Assembly: GCA_963668465.1 (NCBI GenBank)
Contig: OY764542.1
Coordinates: 1,094,153-1,158,152, forward strand
DNA length: 64,000 nt
Direction of reading: 5' to 3'
Source: Dehalococcoidia bacterium
GTDB taxonomy: Bacteria; Chloroflexota; Dehalococcoidia; Lucifugimonadales; Australimonadaceae
Shown one piece after another: positions 35,570 to 44,964 of this stretch (position 1 is its first letter; each line of letters starts with the position of its first letter). The position numbers and the translations under genes are program-made. Under the pieces are notes generated by a model. It saw only the letters and a list, made by a program, of their open reading frames with translations, was not told the DNA's origin and ran no database searches.

Positions 35570-35754
35570 AGTGCATCGTGTCCTCCTTACGGTCTGCACG
35601 GGCCAGCCCCGGCCGTTCGCGGTTGCTCTGGTCAACGTTCCAAGGCCCACTTCGACGCCTGCCTGGTTCGCTGAGGGCATGCCGGTTGAGGGAGATCAGG
35701 AACCGTATGTCCCATCGCGAAGGGGCACAGGCGTCAGGCCGTGCAAGCGTGTCG

Positions 35755-36420
35755 CTAGTCCTCCTTAGCCAAGGCATCTACCAGGCCGTTCTGCACGGCC
35801 CAGAGCACCAACTGCTGCATCGACCCGATCCCGAGTTTGTGCTGGATGCCGTAGACGGCATTGCGAACGGTCACCGGCTGGACACCCCTCGCCTCCGCTA
35901 TCCGGGCGTAGGACATGCCGGTCGCGAAGGAGGTGAGTATCTCGCGCTCCCTTGGGGTGAGCCCGTCGATGTCCCTCGCCCTCGCACTGTAGCGTCTCCT
36001 TATGAACACTTTCCGTACAACCTCAGCCGGCAGGCGGAGTTCCCCCATGATTACGTCCCGCACGGCTGCGAGCAGTCGTTCCCGGCCCACTTCTTTCGGT
36101 ACGTACCCCGACGCGCCTGCAGCCACGGCTTCCACCACAGCGTCCTCGTCCGGCGAGGCCGTCAGCATGACCACGAGGGTCTCAGGGGCGGATTCCATGA
36201 TCTCCCTGCAGGCCTCAACCCCATCCTTCTCCGGCATCATCACATCCATCATGATCAGGTCCGGCGACACGTCGGCGGCCATCCTGACCGCCTCGACGCC
36301 ATCCACGGCCTGTCCCACCACCTCGTACTCGCCGGTCTGCTCCAGGAGCTGACTGAGGCCAAACCTCACGACCTCATGGTCGTCGACGATCATCACCCTC
36401 GTGCGCTTGCCTGGTGCCAT
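35755..36420 (-). CDS. NarL/FixJ-family response regulator (REC plus LuxR-type HTH)
   Basis: VMIVDDHEVVR..DLIMMDVMMPEKDG receiver motifs; C-terminal LTPREREILTSFATGMSYARIAEARGVQPVTVRN. Confidence 0.9.
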   Translation of the reverse strand: MAPGKRTRVMIVDDHEVVRFGLSQLLEQTGEYEVVGQAVDGVEAVRMAADVSPDLIMMDVMMPEKDGVEACREIMESAPETLVVMLTASPDEDAVVEAVAAGASGYVPKEVGRERLLAAVRDVIMGELRLPAEVVRKVFIRRRYSARARDIDGLTPREREILTSFATGMSYARIAEARGVQPVTVRNAVYGIQHKLGIGSMQQLVLWAVQNGLVDALAKED

Positions 36421-36432
36421 AGCAGTCTCCCT

Positions 36433-37680
36433 TCAGCCGATATCCAACGGCATAACGCAGGTTACGGTCGCCCCGCCCATGGCCCCTCTCTCCTCCACGA
36501 CGAGACGCCCGCCCAGGCGCTCGGCGTCCCTGCTCATGTTCGTGAAACCATGGCCGCGTTCCGCGTAGTCATGGGGGAGCCCGGCGCCGTCGTCCGACAC
36601 TGACAGCCGGAGGCTCCCCTCACCGAAGTTCAGCTCGACGGACACCCTGCTGGCCTCTGCATGGCGATAGGCGTTGGTGAGCGCGTTGTGCGCTATCGAG
36701 AACAGGAGGCCCCTGGTCTCTATCGAGAGCGGCGGCTCGACCCCCGTCTGGACGAGTTCTGCAGGCACGGAGGTGATGTTGGTGAAGCTGCTCGCGTGGG
36801 ATCTGAGCGCCCGGTTCAACTCCCTGCCCTCGTAGATGCCACCCATGTTGATGGGATGCCTCAACTCCCATATGGCAGAGCGGGAGAACCGGGACATCTC
36901 ATCGAGCATGGCGGTCAGCTCCGGGTTCGCGTTTCCGGCGAGCGACCTGGCCGTGTCGATACCCAACCCGATCATGTATGCGGACTGGGCTGCAGTGTCG
37001 TGGATGGTCTGCGACAGCTCGATGCGCTCACGTTCGAGCGCGCGCTCGCGCTCCACCGCCTGGCCGAACCTCATCCGCTCGAACCTGGAGGCCGCGTTGA
37101 CCACTCCGACGACCGCGTACATCATCGCTACCCTGGCCAGCAGCGCTTTCTCGTCCCGTGCCTCGTAGTCCAGGCCATCCCCCACGGTCAGGCTTATCGT
37201 GACATAGACGAGGGACACCGCCGTCACCCAGGCGAGATTGAGCCTGAGCGAGGTGAACACCACCGCGAACCCGGCCAGGGCCGGGTAGTAGAACAGGTGC
37301 ATGAAATAGTGACTGAAACCGGCGCCCAGAGTGATGGCGATGGAGAGGGCCACGGCATCCATCACATAGAGGGCCAGGAGCGAGGTCCCGGTTATGCTCC
37401 CCTTCGTGCGGATGCGGTAGTGGAGGTACCCGTTGTATCCGGCCAACAGCAGCGGGAACAGGAGGTAAACGGCGACCCTGAGCATCCCGTAGTACGGGCG
37501 ATAGACGACCTCGAAGAGAACCAGGGCGAGTATCACCCAGTGCCCCCAGACGGTGAGGGTCCCAACGTATCGCAGCCCGACAGCGTCGATCTGGTTGAGC
37601 GTCCAATCGCTCAGCCCGAGAAGCCTGGCGATCTTCGCGGCAGGCCGGAGACTCTGGTCGTACTGGGGCGCGTGAGACAT
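36433..37680 (-). CDS. Membrane sensor histidine kinase, HisKA_3/NarX-type
   Basis: Multiple N-terminal TM helices, H-box LSQTIHDTAAQSAY, N-box HNALTNAYRHA, G-box DDGAGL. Start taken at ATG 37680; the track ORF extends to TTG 37761 through a G12 tract. Confidence 0.85.
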   Translation of the reverse strand: MSHAPQYDQSLRPAAKIARLLGLSDWTLNQIDAVGLRYVGTLTVWGHWVILALVLFEVVYRPYYGMLRVAVYLLFPLLLAGYNGYLHYRIRTKGSITGTSLLALYVMDAVALSIAITLGAGFSHYFMHLFYYPALAGFAVVFTSLRLNLAWVTAVSLVYVTISLTVGDGLDYEARDEKALLARVAMMYAVVGVVNAASRFERMRFGQAVERERALERERIELSQTIHDTAAQSAYMIGLGIDTARSLAGNANPELTAMLDEMSRFSRSAIWELRHPINMGGIYEGRELNRALRSHASSFTNITSVPAELVQTGVEPPLSIETRGLLFSIAHNALTNAYRHAEASRVSVELNFGEGSLRLSVSDDGAGLPHDYAERGHGFTNMSRDAERLGGRLVVEERGAMGGATVTCVMPLDIG

Positions 37681-37744
37681 CTCTTTTCCCGGCGGTCGTT
37701 GGTTCTGAGGGGCGCCCCAGGTCATGCAGGGAGTCTCAAGGCGT

Positions 37745-37756
37745 CCCCCCCCCCCC
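37745..37756 (-). repeat. Homopolymeric G12 tract (C12 on the + strand) at the 5' end of the histidine-kinase ORF
   Basis: Counted directly. On the minus strand: TTG-GC-G12-ACG. Confidence 0.95.
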
Positions 37757-38144
37757 GCCAATCTAGTCAGCCTGGCCTATGCCCGCAAGAAGCAGATGCC
37801 CCTGACGACGTAGCAATAGTACCTATGGCGCATCGTTACATCGCACGCCCGCGCTGAAGGACGCGCCTGTAAGGGCGCCTGTTCCGGGTATGGCCTGAGG
37901 CTGGTGCCAGGGATGTGAGGCGCATCTGGTACCAGCGAATGTGACGTCTTCGAGTGGTCTCATGGGAGCAGATGCCCGTTCCAAGGCAGGCGCTCCCGCT
38001 GTGGGTGTGGATATTACCCTTCGTTGTGCTCGCACTGATCGGTGGCAGCATCGCGTACGCGCGCAGTCGGTCCTAGGTACAGATTCCCAACTAACCGGAC
38101 GCGTGGGCTAGCCGTGCTGCCGCGAGGGCCTCGTACGACAATGC

Positions 38145-38302
38145 GACATCTGCCCCTTTCGCGGTTGGGCATGCAGTTCCTAACCTCTTCCGACACACCC
38201 GTGGCAGTCAACACGGGCACCAGAAGAGGTGACAGGAATGCTGACCAAAGTGAACACGTGCGCACTGACCGGACTCGACGGGCAGATTATCGAGGTGGAG
38301 GT
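38145..38302 (+). repeat. Right direct repeat: leader and first about 24 codons of the intact comM/yifB
   Basis: See 35413-35569. Confidence 0.8.
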
Positions 38303-39758
38303 GGATGTCGCGCCCGGCCTGCCACACTTCGTCGTGGTGGGGTTGCCTGACGCGGCGGTGCAGGAGTCTCGTGAACGGGTGCGCTCGGCGATACGCAACT
38401 CGGGGTTCGAGTTCCCGATGCGGCGCATCACGGTGAGCCTCGCCCCCGCTGACATCCGCAAGGAAGGCCCGTCCTACGATCTGCCCATCGCAGTCGGCAT
38501 CCTCGCCAGTAGCGGGCAGATCGACATCATGCTCGGCGAGACAGTGCTCATCGGCGAGCTGTCGCTGGAGGGCAACCTTCGGCACACCGACGGCATCCTC
38601 CCAATGGTGGGTGTCGCGCGAGACCGGGGGATGCGGACCGCGGTCGTGCCGCAGGCGAATGCCGACGAGGCCGCACTGGTTGAGGGAGTGGACGTGCTCG
38701 GCGCGCGCACGCTTCGCGAACTGGTGGAGCACATCAGGGGCGATGCGCCCATCCTCACGCACACGCCCACCGTGGAACTTTCACGCATCGCACCTGAGGA
38801 CTACGCCATCGACATGGCCGACATCAGGGGGCAGGACCAGGCGAAGCGCGCGATCGAGATAGCTGCTGCGGGCGGGCACAATCTGCTGATGACCGGCCCA
38901 CCCGGCAGTGGGAAGACGCTCCTCGCCCGTGCGATGGCCTCCATCCTGCCGCCGCTCACCCCAACCGAGGCGCTCGAGACGACGAAGGTCTACAGCATCG
39001 CCGGGATGCTGCGCGACGACACCCCACTAGTCTCGACGCGTCCCTTTCGCTCACCGCACCACACCATCTCACACGCAGGGCTCGTCGGCGGCGGAAGGAT
39101 CCCCAAGCCGGGAGAGGTGTCGCTCAGCCACCGGGGCGTGCTCTTCCTCGACGAACTACCCGAGTTCGGGCACAGCGTCCTGGAAGTGCTGCGACAGCCG
39201 ATAGAGGACAAGGTCGTCACGATAAGCCGGGCGAACGGCACCGTCACCTACCCGGCAAGCTTCATGCTGGTCGGCGCCATGAACCCGTGCTTCTGCGGCA
39301 ACTACGGCGACCCGAGAAAGGCATGCACCTGCTCGTCGCAACTCCTCAGCCGCTACCAGAAGCGCATATCCGGCCCGTTGCTGGACAGGATGGACATCTT
39401 CATCGATGTACCGAGAGTGGAGTACGAGAAGCTCACGGGCGACGTGACAGGCGAGCCCTCAGCGCGCATAAGGGAACGCGTCTGCCACGCGCGGCAGGTG
39501 CAGCAGGCGCGGTTCCGCGAGTCGTGCGGACAGTGCAACGCGGACATGGGACCGTCGGACGTGTGGAAGTTCTGCCGTATGGACGACGAGGCCGAAGGGC
39601 TGGCGCGAGCCGTGATGGAGCGCATGCACTTCTCCGCACGGGCGTTCCATCGCACGCTCAAACTCGCGCGCACCATCGCGGACCTAAGCGGCGAGGACAT
39701 CATCGGCATGCCGCACCTCGCGGAAGCGGTGCAGTACCGACAGCGTGGGGCCGAGTAG
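38229..39758 (+). CDS. comM: YifB/ComM-family Mg-chelatase-like AAA+ ATPase
   Basis: 509 aa. N-terminal Lon-protease-like ChlI domain (ITVSLAPADIRKEGPSYDLPIAVGILAS). Walker A GPPGSGKT, GVLFLDELPEF, and a C-terminal Mg_chelatase_C-like region. Confidence 0.9.
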   Translation: MTGMLTKVNTCALTGLDGQIIEVEVDVAPGLPHFVVVGLPDAAVQESRERVRSAIRNSGFEFPMRRITVSLAPADIRKEGPSYDLPIAVGILASSGQIDIMLGETVLIGELSLEGNLRHTDGILPMVGVARDRGMRTAVVPQANADEAALVEGVDVLGARTLRELVEHIRGDAPILTHTPTVELSRIAPEDYAIDMADIRGQDQAKRAIEIAAAGGHNLLMTGPPGSGKTLLARAMASILPPLTPTEALETTKVYSIAGMLRDDTPLVSTRPFRSPHHTISHAGLVGGGRIPKPGEVSLSHRGVLFLDELPEFGHSVLEVLRQPIEDKVVTISRANGTVTYPASFMLVGAMNPCFCGNYGDPRKACTCSSQLLSRYQKRISGPLLDRMDIFIDVPRVEYEKLTGDVTGEPSARIRERVCHARQVQQARFRESCGQCNADMGPSDVWKFCRMDDEAEGLARAVMERMHFSARAFHRTLKLARTIADLSGEDIIGMPHLAEAVQYRQRGAE

Positions 39759-39827
39759 GAACGTACGTCAGACGTGGTGCGAGGCTAAACTGTGAGGCAG
39801 TCCGCCTTAGGGCCGCCAGGAGGAAGC

Positions 39828-41666
39828 GTGAGGATAGCCGTCTGCGTAAAGTGGGTGCCCGCCATATCCCGTATCCGCCTCGACCCGGAGACGAAGCGAC
39901 TCGTCCGGGAGGGCGTGCCGAGCGAACTGAACGCCTACGACGTGCTCGCGGTCAATCGTGCGGTCGAGTTGAAGCAAGCCCTTGGCGGCAGCGTCGCGGT
40001 CTACACGATGGGGCCACCGGAAGCGCGACGGGGTCTCGTGCGCTGCCTGGCGATGGGAGCGGACGAGGCATTCCATCTGAACGACATCGCATTCGCGGGG
40101 GCGGACACGCTCGCCACTTCCCGCGCACTTGCGCTCGCACTCTCCCGCGAGGGGTACGATCTGGTCCTGTTCGGCAACAACAGCGTTGACGCGGAGACCG
40201 GACAGGTCGGGCCGGAGGTCGCGGAGATGCTGGGCGTCCCTCAGATTACGGCGGTCAGCAGGCTGGATGTCACGGAGAACGGCGCAGTGCGAGCAGAGCG
40301 CGCGCTGGAAAACGGCACGGAGGTTCTGGAGGGCACGCTGCCGTTGCTGGTGTCGGTCGTGGAGGGTATCGCGCATGATGCACAAGCCCCGCGCGATGCG
40401 GTACGCGCCGCTGAGGAGCGCGAGATAACCGAACTGACCGCTGCTATGCTCGCCGACGACGTTTCGCAGTTCGGAGCATCAGGCTCACCGACATGGGTGG
40501 CGGAGGTGCGGCAGATCGAGCCGTCGCGAGAGGGCAGGCTCATCAACGAAGGCAGCGCGGCGGAGATGGCGCGAGAGGCTGTCGCGGCACTCGTTGACCG
40601 AGGTGCACTCGACGCAGACGCCGATACAACAGACACTTCGGACACGGCAGCCGACGCTCCCCGCGCCGCTGGCGGACCGGAACTGTGGGTGGTCGCTGAG
40701 GCGGACGAGAGCGGACTGCGGTCCGTCACGCTCGAAATGCTCGCTGCGGCGCAGCCTGTTGCGGACGTGCTGCGCGGCAGGGTCGCAGCGTTCGTCATCG
40801 GGGGAGGGGATGCAGCAGATTACGCGAGCGCGCTGGGAGAGGCAGGAGCGGATGCGGTCATGATCGCTTCCGATAGCGGGCTATCGGCATACTCGACCGC
40901 TGCATACACAGCGGTGCTGGCGGAGGCCATCGCTGAGCGGCAGCCGTTCGCCGTGCTGCTGCCTTCGACTCCGAACGGGCGCGACCTCGCAGCACGGGCA
41001 TCTGCACGGCTGAACCTCGGCCTGACCGGCGACTGCATCGGGCTGGACGTAGACGAATCCGGGCTCGCGCAGCTCAAGCCGGCGTTCGGCGGCAACATCG
41101 TTGCGCCCATCTACTCGCGTACGCTTCCGAACATGGCGACGGTGCGCCCGGGTGTGTTCAGTGCACTGCGTCCCAATCCGGCCAGGAGCATTCCGGTGGA
41201 GACCCTAAAGTCAGCAGCTATGCCGAGTGACAGCCTGACGCGGGTGGAGTTCCACGCCGCGCCGGACGACGATGCGGCCACACTGGACAAAGCGCGTGCG
41301 GTCGTGTGCATCGGCATGGGCATCGGTGGCCCGGAACACATCCACGAGCTGGAGGACCTGCGGGCGCTGCTCAGTGCGGACCTCATCTGCACGCGGGACG
41401 TTGTGGAGGCTGGGTGGATGCCACGGCAGCGGCAGGTCGGGTTGACCGGTCGCTCCATCGCTCCACGCTTGTACGTGGGTATCGGAGTTCGGGGTGACTT
41501 CAACCACGCGGTGGGGATACAGCGCGCGGGCACGGTGCTTGCCGTCAACAACGACCGCCGCGCCGCGTTCTTCCGGGGCCAGTCGGACATAGGCGTGATA
41601 GCAGACTGGCAGGAGTTCGTGCCCGCGCTTGTTGAGGAGCTGCGCCGCCATCGCAACGGCGGGTGA
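39828..41666 (+). CDS. Fused electron-transfer flavoprotein, beta-subunit-like N-half and alpha-subunit-like C-half
   Basis: The N-half (IAVCVKWVP..NAYDV.AV..A..L.., LFGNNSVDAETGQVGPEVAEMLG) is EtfB-like. The C-half (..PNGRDLAARASARLNLGLTGDC.., YVGIGVRGDFNHAVGI) is EtfA-like. AGGAGGA lies upstream of GTG 39828. Confidence 0.8.
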   Translation: MRIAVCVKWVPAISRIRLDPETKRLVREGVPSELNAYDVLAVNRAVELKQALGGSVAVYTMGPPEARRGLVRCLAMGADEAFHLNDIAFAGADTLATSRALALALSREGYDLVLFGNNSVDAETGQVGPEVAEMLGVPQITAVSRLDVTENGAVRAERALENGTEVLEGTLPLLVSVVEGIAHDAQAPRDAVRAAEEREITELTAAMLADDVSQFGASGSPTWVAEVRQIEPSREGRLINEGSAAEMAREAVAALVDRGALDADADTTDTSDTAADAPRAAGGPELWVVAEADESGLRSVTLEMLAAAQPVADVLRGRVAAFVIGGGDAADYASALGEAGADAVMIASDSGLSAYSTAAYTAVLAEAIAERQPFAVLLPSTPNGRDLAARASARLNLGLTGDCIGLDVDESGLAQLKPAFGGNIVAPIYSRTLPNMATVRPGVFSALRPNPARSIPVETLKSAAMPSDSLTRVEFHAAPDDDAATLDKARAVVCIGMGIGGPEHIHELEDLRALLSADLICTRDVVEAGWMPRQRQVGLTGRSIAPRLYVGIGVRGDFNHAVGIQRAGTVLAVNNDRRAAFFRGQSDIGVIADWQEFVPALVEELRRHRNGG

Positions 41667-43762
41667 TGAAGAGGCGCACGCTCGCATCCGCCTTCCTCGC
41701 CGCGGTGGTGCTGGGCCTCATCGTGGCGTTGGATGCGGCACTGGACGAACCGCAGGCAGAGCGACTCCCCATCGTGCCGTCCGAGGAGTCACCTCTCGCC
41801 TCTGCCGAACTTCTGCGCGAGTTCGCCGGGTTCGCATATGCGGACCTCTCCGAGGAGGACTGGGAAGGACTCGCGCTCTCGTTGCTTCCGGGTAGTGAGG
41901 CAACGTGCGGCATCGAGTCGCTCGCCGTTAACGCAGCTGCAGCGCAGCGCGACGCGGCGGAGACGATAGAGGCTGCCATTGCTCGTGACGACCCAGCGCG
42001 CGCTCAGTTCGTCCGTCTACCCGCCGTCGAATGGCGCATCGCTGGCATGGACGTGGAGGGTGGGCAGGCCACAGTCCAGCGCCGCGCGCGAGCACTAGGA
42101 CGGGACGCAGTTCCAACACTTGTGCGCGAGGACCTCTGGCGGGTCGCGAATGGCGCGTGGTGGCTGGAGCCGGAAAGCGTCGCGCCCGATTGCAGCGAGC
42201 AGATTCGAGAAGAAGAGGATGCTCTCCCCGAGTACGCTGCCGAAGAAGGAGGCTCCTTCGAACGTCCACTCGCGATTAGGAGGCCAGTTAGTGCAGTCTC
42301 GCCAGAAGGGCGCGCACTCAGCGTAACGCTCACGAAAGCGGAGCGCGGTGTGAGCCCCGCGCCCCCACAGGACGGCTACGAGCACGCTTACGTAGAGGTA
42401 CGCGTGGAGTCAGCCGACGGTGAGCAACTCGGCCTGCCGCCCGGGTTCCACTCCGCATCGTTCGACGGCTGGTACCTCCATGGGTCGGGTCCAGTGAGCG
42501 CTGACATCTGCCCCGGCACAGAGCACACCGGCGTAACGTGCCATCTGATAACCGGCCACTTCCTCGTTGCAACGGACGATCCTTCGCCCCGGTTCGCCTG
42601 GACGGTTACCCGACCTGGCGAGCGCATCGAAGCTCTGGCATGGTGGCGGCTGCCCACGGCAGAGCGTGGCGGTGAACCGCTCGTGCGCGACCTCAAGCCT
42701 GAGGAGGCGGCACGCGCCTTGGGCGAGGCATCAATCTCACCGGACGTATGGCGCACCGATTTCTCTCGCGTGACGGCGGACCTGAGTGATTCGGTTGTGG
42801 TTGCGAACGGGCGCGGAGGAGTCCCCGTTGTCACCGAACCTCGCTACGAGGCGACAGAGCAAGCTGACTCGTGGATCAGTAACAACGAGCCGGTGCTGGC
42901 AGCGTTCGCTGGGGGCGAGGCACGGGTTTATCCGTTGCGGCTATTGCTCTGGCACGAGGCAGTGAACGACTGGCTGGGTGGTTCGCCGCTGCTGGTCACG
43001 TACTGCCCGCGCTGCAACAGCGCAGCAGTCTTCGAGCGCAACGCCGGGACGCTCACGCTGGAGTTCGGAGCGGCCAGTGTGCTGCGCTCCGAGAACCGCG
43101 TGCTCTTCGATCAGACTACCGAGTCATGGTGGCAGCAGGCGACCGGGGAAGCCATCGCAGGGGAGCTCGCAGGCTTCCGGTTGCAGCCAGCCAAGAGTGC
43201 CCTCATCTCGTGGAAGGACTTCAAGGACGCCTACCCGGACGGGACCGTCCTTTCCCGATCGTCGGGCTTCGACCTCGATTATGACTTCAACCCCTACTTC
43301 AACGTCGATTTCAGTCAGCCCTCCTCGTCAGCCGAGGTTGACCCGCGTCTGCCATCCCGGGCACGAGTGCTCGGACTGCTGAACGACAGCTATGCGCTAG
43401 CGGTTCCATTCTCGGAACTCTTCTTCTCCGGAGCGGTCAACACAACGGTGGGTGGTATTCCGGTTGCCGCGTTCTGGCAGCGGGGCACCTCGTCACCGCT
43501 CAGCAGCGCCGACATCGCTCAGGGGCGGGACGTGGGCGCCGCGGTTGCATTCGACGCCAAGCTCGACAATCGAACGCTCACATTCCAGACAGAGCGCGGC
43601 GCATTCGTTGACGAGCAGAGCGGCTCAACGTGGAGCATCACTGGGGAGGCGTTGAGCGGGCCGCTCGCAGGCCGCCGTTTGAACGTCTTCCCGCACGTCA
43701 ACAGCTTCTGGTCGTGCTGGTCGGCATTCCGACCGGAGGCGGCGCTATACGGGCCTAGCTGA
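41666..43762 (+). CDS. Membrane-anchored or secreted protein with a C-terminal DUF3179 domain
   Basis: N-terminal TM/signal segment LASAFLAAVVLGLIVAL. C-terminal ..PLLVTYCPRCNSAAVFER..LEFGAASVLRSENRVLFDQTTESWWQQATGEAIAGELAG matches the DUF3179 pattern (YCPLC...). The start overlaps the etf stop (TGATG). Confidence 0.7.
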   Translation: MKRRTLASAFLAAVVLGLIVALDAALDEPQAERLPIVPSEESPLASAELLREFAGFAYADLSEEDWEGLALSLLPGSEATCGIESLAVNAAAAQRDAAETIEAAIARDDPARAQFVRLPAVEWRIAGMDVEGGQATVQRRARALGRDAVPTLVREDLWRVANGAWWLEPESVAPDCSEQIREEEDALPEYAAEEGGSFERPLAIRRPVSAVSPEGRALSVTLTKAERGVSPAPPQDGYEHAYVEVRVESADGEQLGLPPGFHSASFDGWYLHGSGPVSADICPGTEHTGVTCHLITGHFLVATDDPSPRFAWTVTRPGERIEALAWWRLPTAERGGEPLVRDLKPEEAARALGEASISPDVWRTDFSRVTADLSDSVVVANGRGGVPVVTEPRYEATEQADSWISNNEPVLAAFAGGEARVYPLRLLLWHEAVNDWLGGSPLLVTYCPRCNSAAVFERNAGTLTLEFGAASVLRSENRVLFDQTTESWWQQATGEAIAGELAGFRLQPAKSALISWKDFKDAYPDGTVLSRSSGFDLDYDFNPYFNVDFSQPSSSAEVDPRLPSRARVLGLLNDSYALAVPFSELFFSGAVNTTVGGIPVAAFWQRGTSSPLSSADIAQGRDVGAAVAFDAKLDNRTLTFQTERGAFVDEQSGSTWSITGEALSGPLAGRRLNVFPHVNSFWSCWSAFRPEAALYGPS

Positions 43763-44522
43763 CGCTCCAGCCTGCGTCCACCAGCAGGTGGTGGCCGTTG
43801 ACCGCACCTGCTTCCCGGCTGGCGAGGAAGACAACCGCTCCTGCAATTTCCTCCGGCTGGAGGCGCCTGCCGATGGGCGAGTGGCGCAAGAAGTCAGTGT
43901 CGCTGCGGGCGGAGTCGGGGTTGCGCGTCATGGGCGTATCGGTGGGGCCAGGACCCACTGCGTTGACGGTGATGCCCTGCATGGCCCACTCCGTAGCAAG
44001 CGATTTGGTCAGCGCCACAACGCCTCCCTTCGCCGAGACGTAGACGGCGCGGTTCGGGCCAGAAGTGACGACCAGTTGTGACGCGACGTTGACGATCCGC
44101 CCGTAGCCCGCGTTCAGCATGTGGCGCGCCGCGGCCTGCGCCGAGAAGAAGACACCCTTGAGGTTCACCCCATGTACCGCGTCCCAGTGCTCCTCCGATA
44201 CCTCCAGGGCGCTCATGCGGGAACTGACGCCCGAGTTGTTCACGAGGATGTGCAGCCCGCCCAGGTCAGCAGCTATGGCATCGAAGACCGGCGCGATGTT
44301 GGAGGTAGCGGTTACGTCGAGGTCGTAGGCGCGCGCCTTCCCACCCGAAGCCTCGATGTCACGCACAAACGCGTCCACGTCAGCACGCTTTGTGGGAAGG
44401 TTGGTCACGGCTACGGTGGCGCCTGCCTGGGCGAGCGCAGTGCTGACGGCTCCGCCGATACCCTGGCTGCCGCCGGTGACGACGGCGACCATGCCATCCA
44501 GTCTGAAAGGCCCATCTGTCAT
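43755..44522 (-). CDS. SDR-family oxidoreductase (FabG-like)
   Basis: VTGGSQGIGGA, NNSG, and S..YVSAKGG catalytic motifs. Confidence 0.85.
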   Translation of the reverse strand: MTDGPFRLDGMVAVVTGGSQGIGGAVSTALAQAGATVAVTNLPTKRADVDAFVRDIEASGGKARAYDLDVTATSNIAPVFDAIAADLGGLHILVNNSGVSSRMSALEVSEEHWDAVHGVNLKGVFFSAQAAARHMLNAGYGRIVNVASQLVVTSGPNRAVYVSAKGGVVALTKSLATEWAMQGITVNAVGPGPTDTPMTRNPDSARSDTDFLRHSPIGRRLQPEEIAGAVVFLASREAGAVNGHHLLVDAGWSVS

Positions 44523-44554
44523 GTGGGGATTATAGGCGCTGGGCAGGCCCAGTC

Positions 44555-44848
44555 CTACAGGTAGGTGAACCCGGCCGGAAGCGAGGCGTGACCGCCAGCG
44601 TAGTCGCTCTCCTTGGGAATCGGGTTTCGGAGTTCGTCGCGGGTCAGGTAGTTGTAGGAGATAACGCCGATGGTGGTCGCGGCCACGATGGCGGCCAAGA
44701 CTCCGAGAAGGATAAGCGAGAGATAGACGAGGCGAGCGTTGCGAGGCGCGGCGCTTGCTACGGACATGAGTGGTTGGGCCTCCGGCGGAGCATCGGTATC
44801 GAATCGAACCGTCCCAGTAACGCTACTATAGGCGGCGGCACGCCGCAA
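44555..44848 (-). CDS. Small hypothetical membrane protein
   Basis: One clear TM helix (LVYLSLILLGVLAAIVAATTIGVI). No family recognised and the start is uncertain. Confidence 0.35.
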   Translation of the reverse strand: MRRAAAYSSVTGTVRFDTDAPPEAQPLMSVASAAPRNARLVYLSLILLGVLAAIVAATTIGVISYNYLTRDELRNPIPKESDYAGGHASLPAGFTYL

Positions 44849-44964
44849 GGAGTTGTGGACCGCTCGGCACCGCGGGTTCCGTAGAAGGGCGCATCGTTAC
44901 CATCTGCACGCGGCGTGACCAGCAAGTTATCGTTTACAGGAGCAGACTCTTATCCGGGTGAGAC

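Noticed and set aside
35433-35768. 111-aa ORF starting in the left comM repeat, as a real gene
   Set aside because: Only its first about 21 codons from ATG 35505 resemble ComM. The remainder is read-through into the 3' flank of the response-regulator gene, with no motif.
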